DNA from: Cyanobacteria bacterium P01_F01_bin.150
GTDB taxonomy: Bacteria > Cyanobacteriota > Cyanobacteriia > CAKZMO01
Length of the DNA stretch: 64,000 nucleotides
Assembly: GCA_039189765.1 (NCBI GenBank)
Contig: JBCCYL010000010.1
Span: 32,001-96,000 of the forward strand
Direction of reading: 5' to 3'
The notes under the pieces were generated by a model. That model was not told the DNA's origin. It searched no databases and saw only the letters and a program-made list of their open reading frames with translations. Below are positions 44,990 through 55,517 of this stretch, in pieces (the first letter of the stretch is position 1; every line of letters starts with the position of its first letter). The position numbers and the translations under genes were made by a program.

Positions 44990-46417
44990 ATGCTGCTAAA
45001 TCTTTTGTCCTTGGTTGGGATTGCTGGGTTGTGTGCGATCGCTTGGGGATTCTCAGAGGATCGACGCACTATCCCATGGAAAGTCCTTCTGTGGGGTATC
45101 GGCTTACAGTTAGTGATTGGAGCACTGGTATTTCTAGTGCCGCCAACGCGGGAACTTGTGCTGATTCTCAACAATGCCTTAAATGCCGTTATTGATGCCT
45201 CGGAGGCTGGAGCACGATTTCTGTTTTCTCCCCTCTTTGTTCCCCAGCCCGCAGCAACTCCGTCCGCTCCCGTATTAGCAGGGCGTTGGATTGCCCGGTC
45301 GATTTCGCCGCCCTACGTTTCGGGGGTGGGAGATCAGCTTGGGGCCGCTAACTTAAACGTGGGGTTTGTGCTGGCCTTTCGGGTCTTGCCCCAGGTGATT
45401 TTCTTTTCTGCGGTGGTGAATTTGCTTTATCACCTTGGCATTATCCAGCCCGTTGTCCGGGTTTTTGCCCAACTGTTCCGCCGCACAATGAATTTGAGTG
45501 GAGCCGAGTCTTTGTCGGGGGCCGCCAATATTTTTGTGGGAATTGAGTCGGCGTTGGCCGTAAAACCATTTTTGGCCGATATGACGCGCAGTGAGCTGTG
45601 TGCCATTCTAGCGTCTTGTTTTGGATCCATTGCCTCTACGGTTCTGGCACTTTATGCTAGCTTCCTTCGTCCGGTATTTCCTGCCATTACTGGGCATTTA
45701 ATGTCTGCTTCTATCTTGACGATTCCGGCCTGTTTTGTGATTGCAAAAATTATGGTGCCAGAGAAGGGGGTTCCCGTTACCTTGGGCGTGGTTCCAGAAG
45801 ACCCTGAAGAGGAAGGCGATGGCACTCAGAAAAGCTGGATGGATAGTTTAATTCTAGGCGCTTTAGATGGCGTAAAGTTGGCCGTGGGAATTGCAGCGGT
45901 GATTATTGCCATTTTGGGATTAAAGGAACTCATTAATATGATCTTTCTCAATTTGGCAGGGTTATCCAGCAGCCCAAACGTTATTCTTGGGGCAATTGGT
46001 CAATTCTTTTCCGTGGTCAGCTTAGAAAATATGTTTGGAGTAATCTTTTTTATCCCTACATTTTTGACCGGGGTATCCCTCGATTTCTCTGAAGTCTGGC
46101 AGGCATCGATTCTAATCGGTAGCCGCGTGTTAGAAACATCCGTTCCGCCCTATTTAGCCTTAGCCAAACTCTATGGTGCTGGAGAAATTAACCAGCGCAC
46201 TATGTTAATCGTGAGTTATGTGTTGTGTGGCTTTGCTCATATTCCATCCGTGGGTATTTTTGCGGGTGGGTTGTCATCCTTGGTGCCGTCCCGTCGCCAT
46301 GACATCAGTCAAATTGTCTGGAAGGCGCTACTTGCAGGGACTTTGGCTACATTAATGACAGGCTGCATTGCTGGATTATTTGATACAGGCAATGCAGCAA
46401 TTCTAGGTATCTCGTGA
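44990..46417 (+). CDS. Concentrative nucleoside transporter (NupC/CNT family)
   Basis: IFFSA, SGAESL..AANIFVG, MTRSEL, LCGFAH motifs. Confidence 0.9.
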   Translation: MLLNLLSLVGIAGLCAIAWGFSEDRRTIPWKVLLWGIGLQLVIGALVFLVPPTRELVLILNNALNAVIDASEAGARFLFSPLFVPQPAATPSAPVLAGRWIARSISPPYVSGVGDQLGAANLNVGFVLAFRVLPQVIFFSAVVNLLYHLGIIQPVVRVFAQLFRRTMNLSGAESLSGAANIFVGIESALAVKPFLADMTRSELCAILASCFGSIASTVLALYASFLRPVFPAITGHLMSASILTIPACFVIAKIMVPEKGVPVTLGVVPEDPEEEGDGTQKSWMDSLILGALDGVKLAVGIAAVIIAILGLKELINMIFLNLAGLSSSPNVILGAIGQFFSVVSLENMFGVIFFIPTFLTGVSLDFSEVWQASILIGSRVLETSVPPYLALAKLYGAGEINQRTMLIVSYVLCGFAHIPSVGIFAGGLSSLVPSRRHDISQIVWKALLAGTLATLMTGCIAGLFDTGNAAILGIS

Positions 46418-46437
46418 GCTACAGTCAGAGCGGTTAC

Positions 46438-48939
46438 CTAAGTGACTAGGCGTTGGGGATGATCAATGGCAAATCCTTGAACATAGTCGATGCCTAGCTC
46501 CCGGACCTTTTCCAAAATAGCTTTATTTTCCACATATTCCGCGATGGTTTTAAGGCCCATGCTGTGACCAATTTGATTAATAGATTGTAGGATGGTTTGA
46601 GACACTTTATCTATCGCTGCATCTTTGACTAAACTGCCATCAATCTTTAAATAGTCAACGGGCAAGTGCTTAAGATAGGAGAAAGAAGACATGCCACTGC
46701 CAAAATCATCTAAGGCAAATGCACACCCCAGCGATTTCATCTCTTGAATAAACGTTGCGGCTTTTTGAAGATTGGCGATCGCCACCGTCTCAGTAATTTC
46801 AAAACACACTTTTTGAGGTTCAATTGGGAAGCTTTGAAACTGATTTTTTAGAAAATCGATAAAGGTGTCATCACTAATGGTTAACCCAGATAGATTAATG
46901 CTGTAGATCTTATTAGGCACTGATGAAAGCTTGGACAGGTAGCGTAGAGAATTTTGAATAACCCACCGATCAATTTTGGGCATTAGCCCATAGCGTTCAG
47001 CGGATGGAATAAAGGCCATTGGTAGCGTAACAGTATTATTTTGAGGATTAGGAAGCCGAATTAAAATTTCAGATATTTCCACATTATCTGAATTAAAATT
47101 AGCGTCCGCAATCGTTTGATGATAAAGATGAAATCGCTCGTGATCTAATGCTTGGGTGATGCGAGAGAACCAATGGCTGTCGCTGGACTGCTGGGTAATA
47201 TATTCTTCATCTGGATGGTAGACTTGGACGCGGTTGCGGCCCTTATTTTTAGCAGAGTAACAGGTTGCATCAGCGAGCTGCATCACTTGTTCCGTATTGC
47301 CACTTTCCGGGCTGATGGGAATGATACCGATACTGACCCCTATACTAAACACTTTATCACCGTAGACAAATCGATAGGATTGAACTAAGTTACAGAACTG
47401 ATTTGCCAGTTCGATAGCCCGGCTTAAATGGCAGTTATAGATTAGTAAGCCAAACTCATCCCCGCCCAGGCGAGCCAATGCGTCAGATTTACGGACTTTA
47501 TTGCGCCATAAATTAGTGACCTGTTGTAAAAGCTCATCGCCAGCCGCATGGCCGCACGTATCGTTCACGATTTTAAAGTGGTCGAGATCCATGTAGCAAA
47601 GAACGTGATGAATGTTCTGAGTCCTGGCTAATGCAATAGCATCATCGACAACCTGATGAAATTTGGTGCGGTTGAACAGTTTCGTCAAAGGATCATGGGA
47701 CGCTTGCCAGGCTAATTGTTGGGCTCGCCCCCGCTCCTCGGTTACATCGTGAAACACAAGAACGCTGCCAACAATGGCACCATCTTCACTGCGAATGGGT
47801 GCAGCCGAATCACCAATTGCGATTTTATCCCCTGTTTTAGAAATCAGGGTGGGATGGTTACTAAGGCTAACCGGTTTACCCTCAGATAGAGCTTGAAGCA
47901 CGGGATTTATCAGAGTTTCTCCTGTTTCACCATCTACAATGGTGCAAATATCAGTAATAGAGCGTTTTTTCGCTTCTTGGGCGGTCCATCCTGTTAATCG
48001 TTCTGCGACGGGATTAAAATCCTTGATCTGGCCCTGATCGTCCGTGGTGATAACGGCATCGCCGATGGAATGAATGGTAATTTGGGCCAGTTCCTTTTCT
48101 TGATGCAGTGCCTTTTCCAAACACTTGCGACTTGTCGTATCGGTTTGTGATCCTGCCATGCGATAGGCAATGCCGTCGTCATTCCATAACGCCATTCCAC
48201 GGGTTAAAACCCAACGGTAACTGCCGTTAGCATGCAGAATACGGTATTCACACTGGAGCTGGTTACTGCCGTAGGTCAAATGTTTTTGGATAAGCTGTTC
48301 AACGTAGCCTCTGTCCTGGGGGTGGATTCTGGTCAGCCAGTCTTCGGGGCGATCGCCCATATCTTCATAGGATAAACCCAGCTGAGCTCTCCAACGTGGA
48401 GAATAATAGATTCGATTAGTCCTTAAATCCCAGTCCCAAATCCCATCATTAGAGCCTTGGACCGCTAACTCGTATCGCTCTTCGCTCAACGCTAGTTTTT
48501 TCGACATTTCTGCTCGCTCAATGGCGTACTCCAGGCGTTTGATCAGAGAATTAGCAACATCAATATAGCCATGCTTTGCCAGTCGGATTGGTGATAGAGC
48601 CTCTGATTTTAGCCAGTAATCCTGCACTCCATACTGGATGGCTTGAACCGCTAGGGAACTATTGGCATTGCCAGTCAGTACAATAATAGGAACCTGGGGC
48701 GCAAATTTTTGCACTAGTTTAACTAAACCCAACCCCTGGCCATCTGGTAATGAGAGATCCAGTAGAATGACATCAAATTTGTTGGCCTTCAATACTGTCA
48801 GAGTATCATTCATTCCAGTTGTGTGATGCAGTGATGGAACTAAGACATCTGAGGAGCTTATTAGTTCTTCAAATAATCGCGCATCTGATAAATTATCTTC
48901 TACTAATAGAGCACTGATACGTTTGGGCATTCTAAACAT
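46438..48939 (-). CDS. REC-PAS-PAS-GGDEF-EAL c-di-GMP signalling protein
   Basis: VEDN/LLDL receiver; PAS domains; RKSD I-site + GGDEF; EILIRL, EITE, DDFGSG, QGF. Confidence 0.93.
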   Translation of the reverse strand: MFRMPKRISALLVEDNLSDARLFEELISSSDVLVPSLHHTTGMNDTLTVLKANKFDVILLDLSLPDGQGLGLVKLVQKFAPQVPIIVLTGNANSSLAVQAIQYGVQDYWLKSEALSPIRLAKHGYIDVANSLIKRLEYAIERAEMSKKLALSEERYELAVQGSNDGIWDWDLRTNRIYYSPRWRAQLGLSYEDMGDRPEDWLTRIHPQDRGYVEQLIQKHLTYGSNQLQCEYRILHANGSYRWVLTRGMALWNDDGIAYRMAGSQTDTTSRKCLEKALHQEKELAQITIHSIGDAVITTDDQGQIKDFNPVAERLTGWTAQEAKKRSITDICTIVDGETGETLINPVLQALSEGKPVSLSNHPTLISKTGDKIAIGDSAAPIRSEDGAIVGSVLVFHDVTEERGRAQQLAWQASHDPLTKLFNRTKFHQVVDDAIALARTQNIHHVLCYMDLDHFKIVNDTCGHAAGDELLQQVTNLWRNKVRKSDALARLGGDEFGLLIYNCHLSRAIELANQFCNLVQSYRFVYGDKVFSIGVSIGIIPISPESGNTEQVMQLADATCYSAKNKGRNRVQVYHPDEEYITQQSSDSHWFSRITQALDHERFHLYHQTIADANFNSDNVEISEILIRLPNPQNNTVTLPMAFIPSAERYGLMPKIDRWVIQNSLRYLSKLSSVPNKIYSINLSGLTISDDTFIDFLKNQFQSFPIEPQKVCFEITETVAIANLQKAATFIQEMKSLGCAFALDDFGSGMSSFSYLKHLPVDYLKIDGSLVKDAAIDKVSQTILQSINQIGHSMGLKTIAEYVENKAILEKVRELGIDYVQGFAIDHPQRLVT

Positions 48940-49268
48940 CCTAAACTCGTAACTAAAGATTTTTCATTAAGCTGTTTGAGGACCTTTATCCAAATAGGGT
49001 TACTGCATTTTTTATGTCAAACTTGCAGCCTCAATACACCGGAATTATAAAAAATCATACTCCTAGCGTACTCAGTGAACTGACGGATTCTTTATTCGAA
49101 ACAAATGAAAAGTCTTGTAGTAATTACCTTATGAGAGGAGGGAAAAATAATCCAAAAGGGATTCTTCCGTAAATGCCGTAGAAAGTTGCTCAGTATATTA
49201 CCGTTGGATACGTAATACACGTAGGTAATAGCCGCAGTGATTTAGGTGGTTTCCGAAAGGATGGGGGT

Positions 49269-49730
49269 TTATCTGTTAGTCTCGACGCTGGTACTTTTTG
49301 AGAAGACATGTTCCCGCAAAGGTAACGTTACAGTTCCTTGCCAAAAACTATAGATTTTCTTTGCCATTTTCTGATATTCCTCAAATGATTTGGGCTTAGT
49401 AATATATGCATTGGCATGGAGAGCATAGCTCTTAGCAATGTCGCTTGGAGCTGAGGAGCTTGACAAAATAATTACGGGAATTAGCCCCCAGGTTTGATGG
49501 GCTTTAAGGGTCTTTAAAAGTTCATGGCCAGAGATCTGTGGCAAATTTAGATCCAACAAGATTAGTGCAGGAAGACAACTACTAGAGTTGTAATTTTCAA
49601 TAAACTGAAGCATTGCCACTCCACTTGTAAGGACTTGAATCTGTTGTTGCTCTGTAAAATCATCAAAAGATGCCTGTAAAATCGCTGCATCTGTCGGCGA
49701 ATCGTCTACCAATAAAATATTGAATGACAT
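49269..49730 (-). CDS. Single-domain response regulator (Rcp1-like)
   Basis: LLVDD, LLDLNLP, IPVIILSSS, ANAYITKP, FW. Confidence 0.9.
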   Translation of the reverse strand: MSFNILLVDDSPTDAAILQASFDDFTEQQQIQVLTSGVAMLQFIENYNSSSCLPALILLDLNLPQISGHELLKTLKAHQTWGLIPVIILSSSSAPSDIAKSYALHANAYITKPKSFEEYQKMAKKIYSFWQGTVTLPLREHVFSKSTSVETNR

Positions 49731-50103
49731 ATGATGCTCAGTCTTTACAATCCTTTAAAGTTCCCACTACAGACACTTTTATAGCATAAATCTCTATTGT
49801 TATATCGATCTAACTATAAGAACAGTGTTCACATTAAGCCGCTTATTCTGTCTGGCCTTCGGCTCTATTTCGGGCTTTTAGAAATACTTTTGGCATATAA
49901 TTTAATTACTCTATGTTTAATCATGACTTGGTAAAATTAATGACTTAATAAGGATTTGGGAGGTGCAACATGCTCCTTAAATCCTTATTTTTTAAGTTTA
50001 TTTTTTATTTATATATAAAATATTTATGTTTTTTTCGCTTATCAATAGATTGCGTAATTCTATCAATGTAAGGTGGATAGCTTATTCATAAAATATTCAC
50101 ACA

Positions 50104-50475
50104 ATTGACCAACTGCAAAATCCTCTATGGTGCCATTTAGAGTCTTGGGAGAACATGCTTTAGTTTAGTGTCCAGGAATGGGTGCAACGGCTGATTACCC
50201 ATTTGGGCATTGCGATTCAACGGATAGATGGTCGCCATCGACAGAGTGAGCTTGAACACTTCGATATGGAATTGGAACATAAAAAACTAACGCTGCTTCG
50301 TCAGCTCGCTCACAATTATCGGACTCCACTGACGAAAATTTTGGCCGCAGCTGAAACGATTGAAAAGCATAGCAACACTTTAGACCTTGGTACCCAAAAG
50401 CGATTTTTATTGCTGATTAAAGATCAAATTCTTTACTTGAATCAAGTTACCAATAATGTACTGAATGTATCCTAA
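50104..50475 (+). pseudogene. Degenerate GAF-end/HisKA fragment
   Basis: ...*FSVQEWVQRLITHLGIAIQR resembles a GAF C-terminal helix and has an in-frame TAG at 50161. H-box-like AHNYRTPL follows; no HATPase domain. Confidence 0.55.
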
Positions 50476-50593
50476 TCAGGATTTTCTTAGAACAATCTCC
50501 GCTAAACGTTTTTTAATCTTGCTGTTATGACTTTGAAGTCAGTCAGCGAGTAAGAAAAGAAATAGCCCTGACCATATCCACAAGAAATACCTA

Positions 50594-53500
50594 TCAGGGA
50601 TGTTGAGACTTGAACTGATTGCCTTCTAACTCTTTGGCAATGGTGAAATGGAAGGCGGTTCCTTGACCAATTTCTGACTCAAGCCAAATATTTCCACGAT
50701 GACGCTCGATGATTTTTTTACAGATAGCTAGACCAATGCCATAGCCATCTTGTTGTTCTCGATTGTGGAGTCGCTGAAATAAAACAAAAATCCGTTCTTT
50801 TTGCTCAGATGGAATGCCAATGCCATTGTCTTGAATGGTGAAAACCCAGCGTTCGGGCTGTTCCTCCGATGAAATATGAATAATCGGAGGGGTTAAGCCT
50901 CGAAACTTAAGGCTATTACCAATCAAATTTTGAAAGACTTGACCCAGCTGATTCCGGTTGCCCCATATGGTAGGCAGAGAGTCATGGGTCACAACCGCTT
51001 GATTCTCGTTGATCGCTACATCCAGCACCTGTAAAACTGTTTGGAGAATGGTTCCAGTATCTGCCTGCTCCATGGTGGGATCGTTGTAGCTTACCCGGGC
51101 AAAGGCAAGAATACCGTCAATCATCGTTTGCATGCGAACTCCGCCTTCCACAATATGATTGAGATAGCTGGTGGCGCTTTCGTTGAGCTGTGATCGATGC
51201 CGCTGGTCCAGTAATTGGGAAAAGGCGGTCATGGCCCGCAAGGGTTCCTGTAAATCGTGGGATACGATATAGGCAAACTCTTCTAAATCCGCATTAGATG
51301 CTTCCAATGCTTTAGCCCGTTGGGCTAGGGCCTGGGTCCGTTCTTGAACTTTTGCTTCTAAGACTTCATTCGTATTGCGCAGCAGATCCTCTGTTTGGCG
51401 CTGCTGCATAATATCGGTGTGGGTAATAATCATCCGTGAAGCTTTACCGTCTGGTTCCCAGTCAATCACCTTGCCTCGCCCCAAAATCCACTTGTAGCTG
51501 CCATCTTTACACCGCACTCGATGTTCATTTTTGTAGATAGATGTCTCTTGTCTTAAATGGCGCTGAATATCGGCATAGCATCGCTCTTTGTCTTTTGGAT
51601 GAACCCGAGAGTTCCATTCGTCTAAGGTATTACCAATATCTTGGTCGTCGTAGCCCAGCATGGTTTTCCACTGGGATGAGAAGAAGACATGATTTGTTTT
51701 TAGATTCCAGTCCCACACCCCATCCCCAGAACCCTCCAAGGCAAATTGCCAGCGAGCATCACTTTCACTTAATGCTTTTTGAACCTGGTTTAATTCAGTG
51801 ACATCCACAATAACAGCTAGGGAACGGCTAAAAGTTCCAAATTCTCCAGATTCAGCACTAGCGGAAAGCAGCACGTCTAAAATTCGGCCATCTTTAGTCA
51901 CCATCTGATAAGGAATATCGGTGCAATGTTCAGCCTCAAAATACTCTGGCAGCACCACCTCTTTGGCATAGCGTTGGGACGCTTCGGTTAAAAAATCGGT
52001 GGATTTGCGTCCCAACACCTCATGTCGCTCATATCCTAGCTTTCGTAGCCAAAAATCGCTGACGCTAATTAACTCACCGTCATGGTTGATGGAGTGCATC
52101 ATTACCGGAGTTTTATTGTAGAAGGTGCGAAATCGGGCTTCACTAGCTTGCAGTTGGGCTTCAGCAGCTTTGCGATCGCTAATATCCTCCATTGACCCCA
52201 CCATTCGAATGGGGTTCCCTTGCTCGTCCCACACCGCTTGACCGCAGTCCCTGACCCAAATGTAGTAGCCATCATTATGGCGGAGCTGGAACTCAATATC
52301 GTACGGCTGCCGCTGCTCTAGATGATTGGTGATAGCCTGCTGAAAAAGTCCTTGATCGTCTGGATGAATCGCAGCCAGAAACGCGGTATGGGAAGTTGCT
52401 GGTTCATCAGACTCTCCATCAACACCATGCATTTCTCGATGACGCTCTGAAACGATGGTGCTTCCAGTTTGAATATCCCAATCCCAAATTCCCACATGGG
52501 AGCCTTGGAGAACCAGCTCATACCGCTCATTGCTTTGCTTGAGGGATGCGGTGCGTTCTACTACCTGTGCTTCCAATCGTTCATTGGTTTGGCGTAGTTC
52601 AGCCTCCGCCGTTTTCAACTGGGTTTGAGTTTGTTTAATGTCATCAATATTGATAAAGGTCAAAATAACCCCATCAATCGAGGACTTGCCGGTTTGATAG
52701 GGATGAATTCGCAGAAGTAGGTCGATATCGTTAACGCGACTTTGCACCTCATACTCAATTGTTTCACCTGCGGATTGAACAGAGGCGATCGCCCCCATCA
52801 TGTCAAAGTCCACCAGACTATGGGACAGATGAGCAATGGGGCGACCAATATCCACCTCCACCAAGTTATAGGCAACCATCGCCGCTTGGGTAAACTTGCG
52901 AATCTGCAAATCCTGATCGAGGAAAATCACCCCGATATCGATATTGCTTAACAGATTATCCAGGTCATCATTAAGCTCAGAGAGTTCCTGGATTTTACAT
53001 TGATACTCCGCATTGACGGTGTAAAGCTCTTCATTGACTGACTGCAGTTCTTCATTTGTGCTTTGCAGTTCTTCGTTAGCTGCGGTTAGCTCTTCGTTGG
53101 TAGCCTGCTGTTCCTCATTGGTGGTTTCCAGCTCTTCAATAGTGGACTGTAGGTTTTCGCGGGTGGCCCTTAGTTCTAGCTCTAGCTGAATTACATATTC
53201 CGCCGTATCTGCATCCAGATTAACTTGTTCAGTTAATGTCGGAATAGTCTTAGGAGCAGTTTCCTTGATCAACCTTACCAAATAAAATTCCCCCGTGTCT
53301 TGATTTGCGGCTTGGAGGGTAACTTCCAACGTCACAATGAACGGATGATCTTCTTGACTATCGTTTTGGTCTTGCTGTATCCCTTGATTCTGGGCATTGC
53401 GAAAAAGGGCACTGTTGCCCTTTTCTGGAATCTGGCATCCTCTATATTTCACCGATATTTTTGATTGGCGGACCTGATGCAGGGCTGAGCTTAATGGCAG

Positions 53501-55252
53501 ATGTAACGACAGGGGTAGCATATCCATTACGTCTTGAGATGCTCGTCCCACGGGAATGCTAAGTAGTTTTAATGGATCCGCACATAAATGAAGGAGTTGG
53601 CTGTGCCGATCAATTAAAAAAGTGGTGGTTTGGGACTGCTCTAGAAATAGTTGAAAAGCCCTATCAATTAGCGGATCGAAACGAGGTCGAGTCGCAGAGG
53701 AAACGTATCCTCTAATCGGCTGACGCTGACTAAGCTGGGGTAGATCCTGGGTAAGTAGGGGTAATCTCACATCTCGTAATTTTTGGTACATACGCCATTT
53801 GCGATGTAGGGTATTAAACTCTTGTTCCAGGTCTCCAAGATTTTCCGATTCTCCCAAGAATAATACGCCTGTTTTATAAAGGGCAAAGTGGAGGCTACGC
53901 AGAACCCGCTGTTGTAGTTCAGGCTGCATATAAATCAGTACATTACGGCAACTTACCAGATTCATCTTGGTAAACCCCGCATTTTTTGCCAAGTTATGGT
54001 TAGAGAAAATAACCATCTCTCGTAAGGACCGTTTTACTTCAAACTTTTCACCGTTAGAAGTGAAAAAACGAGCCAGCCGTTCCTTGCTGACTTCGTTGGC
54101 GATGGATTGGGGATAGACTCCAGCGGAGGCCTTTTGCAGTGAAAACGGATCAACATCGGTTGCAAAAATTTTGATGTCAAATACAGGTTTAATGTCTGTC
54201 CCTGCATTTGCATTATCTTGGGCCAGCCTTTCATCCCGCAATTCTTGTAATATCATGGCCATGGAGTATGCTTCTTCGCCAGTGGAACAGGCAGCAACCC
54301 ATGCCCTAAAAGGATTTTGGCGATTGCATTTTTCAATGATAGGAGGTAGAATTTGTTCTTTTAAGGCTGTCCAAGCCTCAGGATCACGGAAAAAACGGGT
54401 AACGTTAATCAGCAAATCGTTGCGCAGGGCATCCCGTTCAGTAGCGGACTTTTGCAGCAGATGAAGATAGGAGTTAAGGTCCTGAATTCCTAGGATCAAG
54501 CATCGCCGTTTAATCCGACGAGTAATGGTACCGGGTTTGTACTGGGTGAAGTCAATATCTTCATAATCTCCAAGGACATTGATGATTTGCTGAAGCTGTA
54601 CAGGTCGTAGTTGGGGTTGTTGGCTTTCTTGAAAGGTTTTCCAATAGGATGGAGAACTAATAAATTGATAGGTCGTTTCGGCTAACGCTCTAGGAGACGA
54701 TATAACATCAACAATGCCAGTGGCGATCGCACTGTGTGGCATCCCATCAAATTCAGCTGTGGTAGGGTCTTGAACTAGAACGACCCCCCCTGCTTCCGCT
54801 ATTTGCTGGATGCCTCGGGTCCCATCACTGCCCGTTCCCGATAGAATAATTGAGATAGTCCGTTCTTTATTTCTTTCAGCTAAAGACGAGAAAAAAATAT
54901 CGATGGGAAAGTGGGGCTGACGATATTGCTCTCGTTTCTGGGAAACAAGCTGTAGATGATTGCCTTGCAATACTAAATTGTGACTATGGGGCAACAGATA
55001 AACAGTGTTCGGCTCTAAAGTGATGCCGTTTTTAATCACTTTAATGGGCATCTGAGTACGACGTTCCAACAGCTCACTCATCAGGCTTTTGTAGTCTGGG
55101 GAGAGATGTTGCACCACCACAAAGGCTGCCCCACTATCGTAGGGCATGATTTCAAAAAACTCCTCTAATGCCCTCAGCCCCCCCGCAGATGCGCCAAGGC
55201 CGACAATGCAGGGAATCAATTGCGTTTCCTCTTCAGAAAATAAAGTAGTCAT
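50594..55252 (-). CDS. CheB-CheR fusion, multi-PAS histidine kinase
   Basis: CheB GASAGG/QHL/GTGSDG; Che[21 protein letters not shown] heptads; PAS domains; [10 protein letters not shown]-box; N/G1/G2 boxes. Confidence 0.93.
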   Translation of the reverse strand: MTTLFSEEETQLIPCIVGLGASAGGLRALEEFFEIMPYDSGAAFVVVQHLSPDYKSLMSELLERRTQMPIKVIKNGITLEPNTVYLLPHSHNLVLQGNHLQLVSQKREQYRQPHFPIDIFFSSLAERNKERTISIILSGTGSDGTRGIQQIAEAGGVVLVQDPTTAEFDGMPHSAIATGIVDVISSPRALAETTYQFISSPSYWKTFQESQQPQLRPVQLQQIINVLGDYEDIDFTQYKPGTITRRIKRRCLILGIQDLNSYLHLLQKSATERDALRNDLLINVTRFFRDPEAWTALKEQILPPIIEKCNRQNPFRAWVAACSTGEEAYSMAMILQELRDERLAQDNANAGTDIKPVFDIKIFATDVDPFSLQKASAGVYPQSIANEVSKERLARFFTSNGEKFEVKRSLREMVIFSNHNLAKNAGFTKMNLVSCRNVLIYMQPELQQRVLRSLHFALYKTGVLFLGESENLGDLEQEFNTLHRKWRMYQKLRDVRLPLLTQDLPQLSQRQPIRGYVSSATRPRFDPLIDRAFQLFLEQSQTTTFLIDRHSQLLHLCADPLKLLSIPVGRASQDVMDMLPLSLHLPLSSALHQVRQSKISVKYRGCQIPEKGNSALFRNAQNQGIQQDQNDSQEDHPFIVTLEVTLQAANQDTGEFYLVRLIKETAPKTIPTLTEQVNLDADTAEYVIQLELELRATRENLQSTIEELETTNEEQQATNEELTAANEELQSTNEELQSVNEELYTVNAEYQCKIQELSELNDDLDNLLSNIDIGVIFLDQDLQIRKFTQAAMVAYNLVEVDIGRPIAHLSHSLVDFDMMGAIASVQSAGETIEYEVQSRVNDIDLLLRIHPYQTGKSSIDGVILTFINIDDIKQTQTQLKTAEAELRQTNERLEAQVVERTASLKQSNERYELVLQGSHVGIWDWDIQTGSTIVSERHREMHGVDGESDEPATSHTAFLAAIHPDDQGLFQQAITNHLEQRQPYDIEFQLRHNDGYYIWVRDCGQAVWDEQGNPIRMVGSMEDISDRKAAEAQLQASEARFRTFYNKTPVMMHSINHDGELISVSDFWLRKLGYERHEVLGRKSTDFLTEASQRYAKEVVLPEYFEAEHCTDIPYQMVTKDGRILDVLLSASAESGEFGTFSRSLAVIVDVTELNQVQKALSESDARWQFALEGSGDGVWDWNLKTNHVFFSSQWKTMLGYDDQDIGNTLDEWNSRVHPKDKERCYADIQRHLRQETSIYKNEHRVRCKDGSYKWILGRGKVIDWEPDGKASRMIITHTDIMQQRQTEDLLRNTNEVLEAKVQERTQALAQRAKALEASNADLEEFAYIVSHDLQEPLRAMTAFSQLLDQRHRSQLNESATSYLNHIVEGGVRMQTMIDGILAFARVSYNDPTMEQADTGTILQTVLQVLDVAINENQAVVTHDSLPTIWGNRNQLGQVFQNLIGNSLKFRGLTPPIIHISSEEQPERWVFTIQDNGIGIPSEQKERIFVLFQRLHNREQQDGYGIGLAICKKIIERHRGNIWLESEIGQGTAFHFTIAKELEGNQFKSQHP

Positions 55253-55260
55253 AAAACCAA

Positions 55261-55306
55261 CGCGCCCCCACTACCGTTAATTTTGTTTCGCCTTAAAACG
55301 AAACCC
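55261..55306 (+). repeat. MITE-like element, right half
   Basis: CGCGCCCCCACTACCGTTAATTTTGTTTCGCCTTAAAACGAAACCC. Confidence 0.85.
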
Positions 55307-55517
55307 ACAATCGGTAATGTATTAAATTGTTATTTTTAGTTTTTCAATACTAATACCTGCTGCTTTGTAAGGTAGATATATGACAGATTTATTTTAAATT
55401 GGGCTGAATTAATACCTCATCGGTGAGTTATAGCTGAGTGTAGACGTTGCAATCTTTCTTTCCTCCCCCATAATTAAGGCAAGCGAATACCATTCCTCTA
55501 ATTAAAGGTTCAGGATT

